Shown: one piece after another, positions 50,569 to 64,000 of the stretch
Position numbering within the stretch: position 1 is the first letter of the stretch
Layout of the letters: each line of letters begins with the position of its first letter
Assembly: GCF_030684315.1 (NCBI RefSeq)
Contig: NC_081384.1
Coordinates: 4,135,829-4,199,828, forward strand
DNA: 64,000 nucleotides
Origin: Stegostoma tigrinum
Taxonomy: Eukaryota
Reading direction: 5' to 3'
Made by a program: the position numbers and the translations under genes
The notes under the pieces: model-generated
The model's database searches: none
Told to the model about the DNA's origin: nothing
The model's input: the letters and a program-made list of their open reading frames with translations, nothing else

Positions 50569-52304
50569 ACTGTGTTCTGGTCATTCCATCTCAAAATATC
50601 TCCTTGTAATGGAGGCAGTGCAGACCCCAGCAACAGAAATAACCCAAAACATAAGGAAGATGGACTGCAAAAGAAGGTTAGAGAAATTCGAGTTCTATAA
50701 TCTATAAAGATGTTAAAACGGGACTTCATGGCAAAATAAATATAATCAGTTCAACGATTCGCTAAACTGACATTAGTTACAGGAATTCTAGCAAATGAGA
50801 ACCAGAGAATATGCGCCCCAATCAAAAGAAAAACAAGACTGATATCTGGAAGCATATCCTTCATCGAAACTGATAAATAATGACAGGATGTCATATCATG
50901 AAGGGTTCGTTCTAATGTTTATTTTCTCGAGTTTATCTTGCATTGTATTCTTTGGCTCACACTGTCTTACACAGAGACACACACATCCAGGTTCCTCGGT
51001 TATACTTAATCTAAACTGATTGTATTCAAATGTGATCACGCATTATATTTCATACCAAAATTGACCATGAAGAGATGCTTTATCTCAAATCAGCGCAAAC
51101 AGACGATTCTATAAGAATGAACTCTTCATGGTTTATGTAAGTTACGGTGCAGTTCTTTAATGAAATGATCAGCGATTAATTGAAATGCAGGAGTTTTGAA
51201 AAGTGCCGGAGCTCGTTTTGAAACGAGTGATGTTTTTCTTCTTGAAGCTTATAGGTGCCTGTTTGAACTATTGATTTGGAAGGATGTAATCCAAATAATA
51301 ATTATTTTTTCCTCATTTCCTACGTTCGAAATTAGTGGTTCTTCTCTTTCAAGCGTTTTCCTGAAAAAGAAGAAATAGTAATAAAATCAAACGGCAGGAG
51401 GTCTGAGCCCCCTATATAAAGAACTTCCATCTTTTGACAGACATTCATACAAGTCCAAAACAACGGCCTTGATTCAATGTTTAAAATATTAAACTAAAAT
51501 TTCTCAGTTTCAGAGAAACCCTGAAGATGTTTCAGTTGCAATGAGTTTGGTGTATTTACTTACAAATAGAAGATAGTACCTGTAGTGTATACTTCCAGTT
51601 TCAGAAGGTGTTATATTATTTGAAAAGATTCGAATGCATGGCTCAATTGTTCAATTGTAGACTTCTTGTGAAACTGCAACTTAGTATGAAGCTAATTATT
51701 AAATACAAAACAGATTGCTGTGCAAGTTCAACATCCAAACATCAAATTTATAATGAATATGACAGAGAGTAAACAATTGCATGTGCATGGTCAGAACATG
51801 AACTATTGCTCTGTTTTCTTTAAGATTAAGCGTCATTTGCGTTAACCGTAGAGTATTAAAATATATTAATCAAAGTATTGATTATTAAAGGTTTCTGAAC
51901 GTATTTTTATATAGCACTAATATTGCAATGATAAAGGATTAGATATGGTTTACTTATATTAACTTGATTATTCTGTTTTAATAGGTGGCTTCTTTTTCTT
52001 AAAATCTTATTTTTAAATCCAGCCAACATCAATTAACGAACGCAATCAGATTTGATGGAATTTGAGCTTTGAATTTACTGCAACAGGACAGGAGATAATG
52101 AAATCAGAATTTTGCAACTCTGACGAAGGGAGATGACTAAGGTTCCCCAGGACCTCAGAATTACTTCGTAGAACAGCGATGTGAAAATGCCCCGAATCTT
52201 CTCTTCAGATCAACATGATCCTGAGGAATGTCGGGCTTCCTGTAATGAAGTTTATTGAACATCAGAGGGCGTGCTGGAGTAATCTGCAGTTCCTTTTATC
52301 TCTA

Positions 52305-53305
52305 GAGTAATCACCTGCCGCCCCAACGACCTCGGGATACAACGCATCATCCTCCGACACTTCCGCCATCTGCAATCCGACCCCACCACCAAAGACATTT
52401 TTCCCACCCCACCCTTGTCTGGCTTCCAGGGAGACCACTCTCTCCGCGACTCCCTTGTCCGCTTCACATTTCCCTCCAACCCCACCACACCCGGCACCTT
52501 TCCCTGCAACCACAGGAAGTGCTACACTTGCCCCCACACCTCCTCCCTCACCCCCATCCCAGGCGCCAATATGACTTTCCATATCAAGCAGATGTTCACC
52601 TGCACATCCGCCAATGTGGTATACTGCATCCACTGTACCCGGTGTGGCTTTCTCTACGTTGGGGAAACCAAGCGGAGGCTTGGGGACTGCTTTGCAGAAC
52701 ACCTACAGTAAACCACTGCACCTCCCAGTCACGAACTATTTTAACTACCCCTCCCATTCTTTAGATGACATGTCCATCCTGGGCCTCCTGCAGTGCCATA
52801 ATGATGCCACCCGAAGGTTGCAGGAACAGCGACTCATTCCGCTTGGGAACCCTGCAGCCCAATGGTATCAATGTGGATTTCACCAGCTTTAAAATCTCCC
52901 CTCCCCCCACTGCATCCCAAAACCAGCCCAGCTCGTCCCCGCCTGCCTAACCTGTTCTTCCTCTCACCTATTCCCTCTTCTCACCTCAAGCTGCACCTCC
53001 CTTTCCTACCTACCAACCTCATCCCGCCTCCTTGACCTGTCCGTCCTCCCCAGACTGACTATCCCCTCCCACCTCCCCACCCATACTCTCCTCTGCACCT
53101 ATCTTCTCCTCTATCTTCAGTCCGCCTCCCCCTCTCTCTCTATTTATTTCAGAATCGTCTCCCCATCCCCCTTTTCTGACGAAGGGTCTAGGCCTGAAAC
53201 ATCAGCTTTTGTGCTCCTAAGATGCTGCTTGGCCTCCTGTGTTCATCCAGCCCCACACTTTGTCATCTTGGATTCTCCAGCATCTGCAGTTCCCATTATG
53301 TCTGA
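52305..53305 (+). mobile_element. 5'-truncated Penelope-like retroelement (GIY-YIG endonuclease + 3' terminus)
   Basis: ORF 52415-52711 reads PGTFPCNHRKCYTCP..FTCTSANVVYCIHCTRCGFLYVGETKRRLGDCFAEH; downstream frames give RLGTLQPNGIN. A pyrimidine-rich tract follows, then the terminal repeat at 53176-53300. Confidence 0.92.
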
Positions 53306-56300
53306 GCTAAGGATTAGGGTGTCAATATGAAACCACACTTTCCTCTGTTGAAGAATTCATTTCAGATTCAAAGTCCAAATCTTAAAACAGTAGCATAATT
53401 TAAAATCGTACTGCTTAATACATTTCCCTACCACACAATGGTAACTAGCGCCACTCACCTTGAGTGACAGAAATAATTACAATGGACAGCTCTTCAAACA
53501 TATGTTGTTGGACAAAACATCTTTAGAGCCTTTGAGGTTGACAATGAAGCTATATTAATGCAAATTCTTTTTTATATTCTTTACTTCAACTTATGCAAGT
53601 TTCTCATTATCATGTCTGTAAATCAAGGCCTCAGGCTTTAAAGTAACTGCCTAATGTCTAAAAATATTTCTCACAATATACTTCTCTGACTTTGCATCAC
53701 TTGTATGTGCATTGTGGTTGAGGACTAGACTGCCTTGTGCTTATTGGTCACGGGATTCGAGTAACCATCAGAGGCCTTGATCTGTTAGGACTCCTCGGTA
53801 GTGGAATCAGTAATTTCAAGTAGGGAAAGTACAGTGGGTGAATCCTATTTAATGAACAAATGTTTTTCCTATCAAAGGTAATATTTCATGATTAAAATAT
53901 AATTAAACACTCACAAGTTAATTTCCAATCGTCTGACATGTATCAATTTTATATGCCATAGCTCTATCTAGTCTTCCTCCAGTCCTAGATTCAAGTTGCT
54001 CCCTGCTATCCTTTTGCGCAAGCTTAATTTCTTTTCTTGTCCTGTCAGTGACAGTTGTTGCATCTAGCAAGGAAATTCCCTCCCTCTGTTTCCACTCACC
54101 TCAAGATTCATCCTCTTTTCATCCTCAAGATTCTCCTGAAAACATTTTTATGGCCTCTTTTTGGCCTCTGAATTTCTATTTCTCTTTGTGTTGCTTGTAG
54201 GCTACTGTCCCAAGTGCCCCTTCAAAAATTTCAAACTGCTTTCTGGGATAAAATTAATCTATTAATATTTAATAATATATCAATTCTAATTGTTCAAGAT
54301 AATATCCTACATTTTGGCTAAAGAGGAGAAATTCATTCAATACTTAGGTAGACCTTCATTGCAACCAATATACATATGGATTGCAAGAGGGATTTTAAAA
54401 GCACAGACAGTGTGACAACTATTTACATAAATAAAAGCTAACAAAGAGGATAATATGTCTTCAATTTAAGGAAACGTTGCTGCGAGGCCAAACACAGACT
54501 TGTTACTGTTGGCCACTGTTCTAAAGAAATATTTCAAAATTACTTCCTATTATTCTGATTCTAGGTAATTTTCACCATTTTAAAATATCATGCTTTTGAA
54601 TCCAAGCCCTTTATTTAAATATATAAGAAATCATGTCTTAGTAATCCTGGGATATAATCCAATGCATCACAATGACATCTTATTAATTACTAACATCATA
54701 ACATTGAGATATTGAATCCATGAATTTGTATCATAATGGAGCCTTGCTACCATGGACCTTACTGTGGTAAATTACAGCAATTATCTGTGTTACATTGAAG
54801 TCCAGTTTAGTGATGTTTTGATTTGGTGACGCTCTGCGTAATGTAAAATGTTTATAGTAAAAACATGTTTTAACTGACTGGTTATTAAGAAACAATTTTC
54901 TATTCACCCTCCTTATACTGAACACATTCCAGAATCAACCCTACTAAAGTAAAATGCTACCATAATCAGCACTTTTCTCATGAATGCCTAGTTCCATGAG
55001 TCCTGAGGTGGCATAATGCTGTAATAACAAAAAAAATCACAATCAAAACAGAAAATTATGGGAATGGTGAGCAGATCAAACAGCATCTGTTTAGGAACAC
55101 AAGAAGTGCAGGTGTCAAAATCCAGTTTCATATTTCCAACATTTGCATTTTTTCTTTTTGCTTTGTACTACAATTAGTTGTGAAATTATTTAAGTGCATG
55201 TAAGAATAGACTTCATATCAAGGGAGATATTTTGTGTTTGTCAATATTTTCAGATAGCCATTTAATATTTGTAAAAGGGCCTGGATAAGTCTGTCAGAGG
55301 CGATGGACAGAACACGACGTAAAATAAAAGGGTTCTATCAAAACATACTCAGTCTTAATCTGAAGAGTAGCATTTTCCAGTGAGTATTGTCATGTAAGAT
55401 GGTGCAAATCAGAGTCACAGAGTGACATAAGTAGATGAACTGAGGTTTTAACTATAGAGATCATGTGCCAATGAAATATGTCACTTTCTCCTGGATAGTG
55501 TTAAGTTCTTGAGTCCTATTCAATTGCAGTGTCCAGGCACGTTGCTGGAAATTGGGGTCACTTTTAAAAGTGTGTTCTTTCAGTTTTCCATTTTTTGCAT
55601 TTTATTTGTAGCATGAGACCTCATTTTACAATGTTACAGTATTAACTAGTCATCTTCAAGTGTAAACAAAAGATTTATACGGCACTACAATATCCTTTTA
55701 TGACTGCAGTGTTTTGAAAATAATGAGTTTATGCTTTTAGAAGAATTGAAAAATCACCATCAAATAGAGGTGGGAAAGAGGTTAGTGAGCATCCTTGCAT
55801 CTTCAGTAGCTGCACATGGTCATTCATTGAGAGGATTTGACAGCTGATTAATATACATAGATGGCCAGCCACCAAAATAAGGCACATCAACATGGGATAG
55901 GTGGAGAAAGAGAGCAAGAGAGAGCATCTAGTAAAATGTGCCAAAACCTACTTGGGAGAAGACCAGGAGTTTCTTTATATCAGCCCAAGGGAAGATCAAA
56001 GACTTTTACCATCAAAGACTGCACTACATCAGGGACAGACACTCTACCACTTCAAAATCATTTTTATGCTCATTCTTTCAACTGACCTGCAACAGAATCA
56101 GCGAAGTGTTCTCATATGTCATGGATGTATGCTTTCTTTGTTCAATTAATTGAAATATCATATCTAAACTACTGCTTCCTAACAAACTCAATAAACTATC
56201 AGAAAACTGCTAGAAATTGTTAACTGCCACTTTTAGGTAACTATGATCATGAGCCTGTCAAAATTGACAGTGATGTGGGATATCACAAATTTTGGCACTT

Positions 56301-57277
56301 TATTTCGAGAAGCTGAGAAGCGGCAGTTTTAGATTGTAAGTGAACATGTGCTGAGTAATTCTCACATAAATCAATGGCCTTTTCATGTGCTAGACAAAAG
56401 TTGATAGAAAATGTTGCTGTGAGAATGGAGGCAGCTGGAGCAAAGGATGTACAGAAATACTTGATGGAGGTCACAGGTCTATTTTTATAGATTTTCTAGG
56501 GAGGTTCAGAAGGTCAAGATTAAAATATTAAAATGTCCAAAATGAACTAGCACGCAGTGCCTTCCAGCTGAATTAGAACAAGGAGTCTAGGGATCAAATT
56601 ACAAACCTGTGAAGGAAAGTGATAGCTTGCACACTTATTAAGACAGAAGGCAGAAGTATGTAACAAGGCACAATACAAAAAGAAACAGATAGATAAACTA
56701 TTCAAACAAGACACTGAGCTATGAACAGAGAATGTGAGATTGAAGGCAGAACCATAAGATGTATGAAATAAATAATTTGACAAAAATTTGTTGCCTCATA
56801 GGAACAGGCAACATTCCTTTTACAGTCAAAATTAGAGTACTCCAGACTAATCCTAATCAAAACAAATAGTGATAGCTGCATTCTGTACAAATAGAATAAG
56901 CAGTCCTGTTATCTGATGGGATAGCAGGTGTGAGAGTGGTTACCCTGGTGATTTCATGCATTTTTGGGAGGGTGTAGTTGAAGCAGTCTCTCCCTTCTCT
57001 TGTATTCACATGAGTCATGGTGAAAACTGAGCAAGAGGACGGTGAGAAGGGAAGCCCCACTGTGATTAAAGAGGAGTTTACAACTGCACATGGACGCCTA
57101 TTACTAGCTAATGTTAGGATCCTGAGGGAGGAACTGAGTAGTATAGCAAATATAAGTTCTAATATTTCTTTCCTCATGCCAAAACGAGAAATTTTTAGAA
57201 TTTCACACCCAGAATAAAAGAGTGATGATTTCAAACAGACCCTCTTATCGGCCTGCTTACAAGTCTTTAAAGAGAAT

Positions 57278-57510
57278 AAAACAAAGAACTACAGATGCTG
57301 GAACTCTGGAACAAAAGCTAAAATTACTGGAGGAACTCAGCAGGTCTGACAGCATCTGTAGAAAGAAAGCAGAATTAATGTTTTGAGCCCAGCAACTTGA
57401 AGAAGAGTTCTAATAAAGAGTCACTGGACTTGACATGCTAATGGTGTTTTCTCCCCACAGATACTGCCAGACCTGCTGAGATCGTCCAGCAACTCCCGTT
57501 TTTATTTCAG
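57278..57510. mobile_element. Fold-back repeat, same older family as 41.6 kb
   Basis: Inverted arms actcagcaggtctgacagcatctgt and acagatactgccagacctgctgag. Confidence 0.8.
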
Positions 57511-58611
57511 ACTTTATAAGAAAACTGAACTAGAATAACATGGAAAAGGTTGTTAAGTAAATGAGAGTAGGGGTAGCAAATATTAATTTCCATCAAGTAT
57601 TAGTTATTATCAAATAGACATCCACTGAAATTTCCAGTGTATTTGCAGAGATACTTTATGGCTGCTACCAAAAGACCTGATAGAGAATCCCGATGAGGTG
57701 ATACTGTGACTCGCCAAGTTTCAAGACCCTCATTCTGAAAGGATATCAGTCTTCATTTTGTACTGATTGTGTGTGTACAACTGTAAAGCAGCAGTCTGGA
57801 ATGAGTATATCCATTATACTAACATAGCCTCGGGAAAAGACCATATTACCTTTGCAGCAGCTAGGGAAATGCTAACATGGCAGCTGTTGAAGGACCTTTG
57901 CCCAGCCACAAGTCTGGACTACCTAAGAACACTGTACAAATAAGAGGCATCCGAATTCACTGTTTCAATGCAATCAACTTGAACACTATCTTTGTGATTA
58001 CTGTAATAAACAGGATGGAGAAGAGTCTGAAAATGAAAGTGTGTTCTGCTTCTGACCTCCTCCTCCTGTACACATGAGTTTTGATTGAGTTGAACGTATT
58101 TAGAGAGCGAGAGTGTAGAGGCACTAACAGAGAATCAGACAGGGGGTTTGGCAGTCCACTGCAGTAGTGACACAAACTCTAGGTTAGATAGATAGAGTCC
58201 ATTAGAACTCCAACAGTCCTCCCGTGGATAGATGGTGTCTTCTTTCTGATAGGATGGTTGTGGGATACTAGTTGTCCATGCTGTTGAGAATGGACACTTT
58301 CAGCAATTAATGGTACCTGATTCCCCTGCATTGTCTAGCAACTGCCAGACTGCACAAAATGCTCATAATAAGCCTCGACAGGTTTCAATATGAGGGTCCC
58401 TTGCTGTCAAATTGAATATAAAATAGGATTACTAGGAACAAAGAAAGGGTCAGGCAGAAATTTGCAAACACCAGGCAGTTGCAATTACTATCCTAGAAAA
58501 GAGGCCAGATAGCCTTGACCTTTCCTGGCCCTATCTCTTCAATGTAATAATGTGGTCTCAGCGCATGTTGGATGCCACTGGGGCAAATGTTGGATGGAGA
58601 TAGAAGAGGGG

Positions 58612-58925
58612 GGTAAAATGGCTTAGTGGTATTACCATGAGACTATTAATCCAGAAATTCCACTCATATTCTGGGAATCAAGGTTGAATCCCACTACTAT
58701 AGATGGTGGGATTTGAATTTGATTAAAATAACAGATCTGGAATTAAGAATCAACTGATAACCATGAAATCATTGTAGAATGTCAAAAAAACAGTTTCACC
58801 AATGTCGTTCAGGGAAAGAAATCGGCCAATCTAATCTGGTGTGGCCTACGTGTATCTCCAGACCCACAGCAATGTAGTTGCCTCTCAGTTGCCATCTGAA
58901 ATGGACAAGCAAACCATTCAGTTCT
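58612..58925 (+). mobile_element. tRNA-derived SINE-like head directly 5' of the LINE ORF
   Basis: A-box TGGCTTAGTGG at 58619-58629, B-box-like GGTTGAATCCC at 58682-58692, then a SINE-like body (tggcctacgtgtatctccagacccacagcaatg). Confidence 0.65.
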
Positions 58926-61843
58926 AGCAGTCACCACGGAGCTTCAACAAAAAAGAAACAGGATAGATCACCAGGCATTGGCCTGGAAAAGACACAGGTA
59001 GAACAGCCCCGTAAACCCTGCGGATTCCTTCTTACTAACATCAGGAGCTAATGTCAAAATTGGAAGAGCTGTCACACAGACTAGCCAAGCAACAGCCTGA
59101 CATTGTGATACCCACAGAATCACATAGACAATGTCCCAGACACCACTATCACCATTCTTATATATGTCCAGTCCCACTGGCAGGACAGACCCAGCAGAAG
59201 TGGCAACACTGTTGGATACAGATGGGAGGGAGTTGCTGTGGGAGTCCTGAACATTGACTCCAGACCTCATGAAGTCTTGTGGTTCCAGGTTAACCATGGC
59301 AAGGAAACCTCTTGCTAATTATCACATACTGTCCTCTCTTAGCTGATGAATTGGTACTCTTCTATGTTTATCAACATTTAGAGGAACCCCTGAGAATGAC
59401 AAAACCACAAAGTGTACTCTGGGTGGGGATTTCAAAATCCACCACCAAGGGGGCTTGGCAAAATTACCTTTGATCAAGCTGGTCGATGCTGAGGATTTAC
59501 CTGCTATATTAGGTCTATGAGAGATAGCACAGGAACCAACAAGAGGGAAAAACAAACCTGACTTCATCCTTACCAATCTACCAAGTGCAGATACATCTGT
59601 CTACGGCACTATTCACAAGAGCCTTGTGGAGTCCTTGCGGAGATGAAGTCACATCTTCACATTGACAGTAACCTCCACTATCAACATGCTAAATGGGACA
59701 GACTTCAAGCAGATGCAGAAATTTAAGACTGGGTAACCATAAGGCATTGTGGTCCATCAACAACAGCAGAATTGTACTCCAGCACAATAGGTAACCTCAT
59801 AGCATGGCATATCCCCCACTCAACCATTACAATCAAGCCAGGGAATCAACACTGGTTCAATAGAAGTGCAGGAGGGCATAGCCAGGAGTAGCACTGGGCA
59901 TACTAGAAAATGAGGTGTCAGCCTGGTGAAACCAACAAACAGGGCTACATGCATATCAAACCACATAAGCAGCAAGTGGTAGAGAAACCTTAGCAGTCCC
60001 ACAACCAACAGATCAGATCTAAACTCTGCAGTCCTACAACATCCAGCCATGAATGGTGGTGGACAGTAAAATAACTGACTGAAGGAGGAGGATCCACAAG
60101 TATAAACTTTCTTAAAATGGAAGGTCCCAGCGCATCAGTGCAAAAGATAAGGGTAAAGATTTTATGGCAATCATCAGCCAGAAGTACCAAGTGGGTGATC
60201 CATCTTGACCTCTTCCAATAGTCCCAGCATTACAGATACTAGTCTTCAGCCAATTTGATTCACTCCACGTGAAATCAAGAAACAGCTGGAGACAATGGAT
60301 ACTACAAAGGCTATGAGCCCTGACAACATTCTGGCAATAGTGCTGAAGCTTGTGCTCTAAAACCTGCTGTTCCCCTAGCCAGTACATTTCTGCTGTACAA
60401 TTCTATCAGAACTACTGTTCCAGTACAGATACAACACTGGCATCTACTCAACAATGTGAAAATTGCCCAGTTATGTTCTGTACATAAAAATCAGGACAAA
60501 TCTAACTAAACCAATTACTGCCCCATCAGTCTACTCTCGATTACCAATAAAATGATGGAAGGTGTCATCAATAGTGCTGTAAAGTGGTGCCTGCTCAGCA
60601 ATAACCTCCTCAGTAATGCCCAGGACATCTCAGTTCCTGACCTCATTACAGCCTCGGTTTAAACATTGACGAAACAGCTGAAATTCAGAGGTGAGGTGAG
60701 AGTGATAGCCCTTTATATCAAGGCTGCATTGAACAGTGTGTGGCATCGACGAGCCCTAGGAAAACTGGAATCAATGGATATCAGGGGACAAACTCTCTGG
60801 TTGGATTCAGAGCTGGCACACAGGAAGATGGCCATGGTTTTCAGAGTTCAGTTATCTCAGTTCCAGGACACCTCTGCAGGGTTCCTCAGGGTAGTGTGAT
60901 AGGCCCAACATGTTCAGCTGCTTCTTCAATGACTATATTGTCAGAAGTGGGAATATTTGCCAATGATTACACAATGTTTACCACAATTAATGACTCCTCA
61001 GATACTTAAGCTGTCCACATTCAAATGCAACAAGATCTGGGCAATATCTAGGCCTGGGGTGATAAGTGGCAAGTAACATTTGCGCCACACAAATACCAGG
61101 CTATGGCCATCACCAATAGGAGGCAATCTAACAACCACCGCTTGACATTCAATGCTGTTGTCATCACTGAATCCCACAACTATCAACATCCTGGGGTTAT
61201 CATTGACCAGAAACTCAACTGGATTCACCACATAAACATAATAGTTGCAGGAGCAGGTCAGAGGCAAAGAATACTGTGGCAAGTAACTCACCTCTGAACT
61301 CCCAAATTCCTGTCCACCCTCTACAAGGCAAATGCCAGGAGTGTGATGGAATACTCCGCACTTGCCTGGATGGTGCAGCTCCAACAATACTCAGGAAGCT
61401 TGATACCATCCAGAACAAAGCACCCCACTTGTTTGGCTCTACATCAACAGGCATTCACTCCCTCCATTACTGACGATCAGTAGCAGCTGCGTGTTCTTTC
61501 TACAAGATACACTGCAGAAATTCACTAAAAATTCTTTGACAGCACCTTCCAAATGCATGACAACTTCCATGTAGAAGCACAAGGGCACCAGAGACATGGG
61601 AATACCACCAACTTCAAGTTCCGCTCCAAGCTGCTCACCATTCTGACTTGGAAATATATCATTGTTCTTTCACTGGCAAAATCCTGTAATTCCCTCCCTA
61701 ATGGCATTGTGCGTCAACTCAAGCATGTGGACTGTTGCAGTTCAATAGGCAGCTCACCACTACCTTCTCAAGGGCAACTATAGATAGTCAATAAATGTTG
61801 GCCACCCAGCAAAGCCCACATCCCATGAATGAACAAAATAAAA
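58926..61843 (+). mobile_element. Near full-length decayed LINE ORF (APE endonuclease + RT, CR1/L2 group)
   Basis: KLEELSHRLAKQQPDIVIPTES (APE start), NYCPISLLS, VRVIALYIKAALNSVWH, VPQGSVIGP, GIFANDYT (FADD-like), GVIIDQKLNWIHHI, and an A-rich tail at ~61835. Many stops and frameshifts. Confidence 0.88.
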
Positions 61844-62842
61844 AGAGCCCCTCTGGTGCAGTTAGAGAAAAGGTCATGAATCTGCACAAGGGTCTATTCC
61901 CCAATGAGTTTGAAGGGTATCCCAATGGATATTGAAGTATATTCAAAAAAGGGGGCACATTTTACATTCAGGTCAAGTCCTTCCTTAAAAACAATGTTGT
62001 TGACAAGGGTCAAAGATTTCAAATTGATTTGAGTACCTACTTTTCAATTTTAATTTTTAAAAAATTTGTGTTGTGTAAAACTTCTTCTCAAAACACATAG
62101 GTAGGCTGCATTTTGAAAGTCACCCAATTTGAACTGAAAATTTGGAATGAGAAATGTGGTTTTTTTGAAGGTGGACTTAAAAAAAATTAAAACAATTTAT
62201 TTCAAACAATAAAAAAATTACAAGTCAGTTTGAAATTGCCAAAAATTTCACCAGTTTCTTAAAATTAATGCATAAAAGTACAGCATGCCATCATCTGGTG
62301 ACTTGGCCCCCACCCCTTCTCAGACCAACAAAGAGCCAACTTTTCTACTGATAGCTTTTTTAAAAAAATTACCATCAGTGTTCCAAATCACTAGATGTGT
62401 GATTTTGGGCAGGACTAAATTTTACACAATTCTGAATTTACAGATATATTTGGATGTTATTAATCCATTGGGCTTCTTCCAGAACAGAATAAATTTTGTT
62501 TGTGTTTTTAAGTAGGTCTTAAGAGCAAAGTGATGCCACAGCAAACTGCCCTGGCAGCTTTCTGTGTTTAAAAATGTGAGAACCCTAAATTGACTGCAAT
62601 CTCTACGTCTCAAATAAAGGACCATAATTTGAAAACATCAAGCTAGGACGTAGCTGTTCTTGAAATTAGTATTAGCAAAATAAGCAGATAATATTTGCAA
62701 CTTCAAGCATGCAATGGCAAATTACATGAAGATCGAGGTGACAAACAATTTTAAAATTTAAAATTCTACATTGAACTAAGAGCTGATGAAAATAAGCCTA
62801 AGCGGTTTTAATTTGTTTTTAAAAAATGGGAAAGATTGTTTT

Positions 62843-63280
62843 AGAACGTAGAACATAGAAAAATACAGCACAGTACAGGCCTTTCGGCCCACGATGTTGT
62901 GCCATGGAATAATCCTAATCCAAAAATAAAATAACCTAACCTACATTCCCCTCAATTCACTGCTGTCCATATGCATGTCCAGCAGTCGCTTAAATGTCAC
63001 TAATGACTCCGCTTCCACAACTACCACTGGTAAACTATTCCATGCGCTCACAACTCTCTGGGTGAAGAACCTCCCTCTGACGTCTCCTCTATACCTTCCT
63101 CCTTACACCTTAAAACTATGACCCCTCATGGCAGTCAATCATGCCCTGGGGAAAAGTCTCTATCCATGCCTCTCATTACCTTGTACACCTCAATCAGGTC
63201 ACCTCTCTTCCTCCTTCTCTCCAGAGAGAAACGTCCGAGCTCAGTCAACCTCTCCTCGTAAGACAAGCCCTCCAGTCCGA
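62843..63280 (-). mobile_element. CR1-type LINE 3' end
   Basis: Plus strand agaacgtagaacatagaa..tacaggcctttcggcccac is the reverse complement of a (TTCTATG)n tail with the gggccgaaaggcctgt hairpin. Minus strand encodes FFTQRVVSAWNSLP. Confidence 0.85.
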
Positions 63281-63844
63281 GACATTAATTGACCACTAAC
63301 AAAACCTGTCAGCCCACCAACACTTCCTAGGCTCTATACACAAAAAAATCTTGAGTTACCATATTTGAATTGGAGCCAATCTTATAAGAAACAAAAATTG
63401 AGTATAATTTAGCAGTTACTTTTAAGAAAAATTATGTGTAATTTTTGTAAAAAAGAACAAGTAGCATTTGTTATTGTTTAGAACCACAATATATCGCCTG
63501 ATCACTATTTTAAAAATGTTATGAAAACCTGTTACTTTTCAACTGGATTGTAAGGTGTCCCTGGAGCACCTGAATCAGATGGCATGGCAATTAATGAATG
63601 GCATACTCAGATTAAAAGATAGCGACAGGATAGTGACACAGCATTAAATGGGAATAAATTACTTCAGATGTCATTAAATCAAGGGAAAGGAATGTAGATG
63701 AAATTAAGAATTAACAACTTTCCCTTAGTGATGTGTGTGCCCTTGTCCGTGAACTGTTTTTATAAGAACTGAATTGGATGATTTGCCCACTGCCCAAAAC
63801 ATTGGGACCAAGCAGAATGGATACAGATTTTGATTTTTTGAGAA

Positions 63845-63970
63845 GATCACTTCAAATCATAGAACTCAAAACATTAACCTCATTTTGTTTCCACAGATCC
63901 TGCTGTGTTTTGCCAACAATTTCCATTTTTACTTGTTTCATATCTCAGCCTTCATAGATTTTTTGTTTTA
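63845..63970. mobile_element. Degenerate single arm of the older fold-back repeat family
   Basis: aaaacattaacctcattttgtttccacagatcctgctg resembles the right arm at 41760-41830. Confidence 0.45.
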
Positions 63971-64000
63971 TTGCAGTTACCTCACCAACTGCTGTGCATC

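Noticed and set aside
58612-58695. tRNA gene
   Set aside because: Only A/B boxes are recognisable; no convincing cloverleaf or T-run terminator, and it continues into repeat sequence.
61845-61858. Possible second CTCF site (minus GCACCAGAGGGGGC)
   Set aside because: Two mismatches to the core and it sits at a LINE tail junction; not supportable from motif alone.
24085-64000. Hoxb13 or another intact homeobox
   Set aside because: I saw no WFQNRR-encoding segment by eye or in the ORF track; Hoxb13 presumably lies beyond the window. Hoxb8 is likewise not seen in 1-8 kb.

Overview
Vertebrate genomic DNA, AT-rich, with eukaryotic introns. It contains the posterior part of a HoxB cluster transcribed on the minus strand: Hoxb9 (2 exons, 252 aa), a mir-196 hairpin, and Hoxb10 (2 exons, 331 aa, 5.07-kb intron). 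The remaining ~40 kb has no intact Hox11/12/13 homeobox, consistent with the long Hoxb10-Hoxb13 interval. An intact Hoxb10 plus the repeat content suggests a cartilaginous fish, probably a shark (inference). Positions 1-36 kb are nearly transposon-free and carry candidate CTCF, Cdx/Hox, Smad and nuclear-receptor motifs. From ~36.5 kb onward CR1/L2-type LINEs and Penelope-like elements (PLEs) accumulate. The most notable observations are: (1) a young family of short PLE-derived insertions with 13-14 bp target-site duplications, two of them fold-back, and two retaining an intact minimal hammerhead-ribozyme core; one copy lies inside the Hox core between mir-196 and Hoxb10; (2) a 30-bp cluster of nuclear-receptor half-sites with a perfect DR0; (3) a Cdx/Smad module 3' of Hoxb9; (4) a tandem splice donor that could give a homeodomain-less Hoxb10; (5) a stop-interrupted upstream extension of Hoxb10 resembling the HOXA10 N-terminus. 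All calls were made by eye; no database searches were run.
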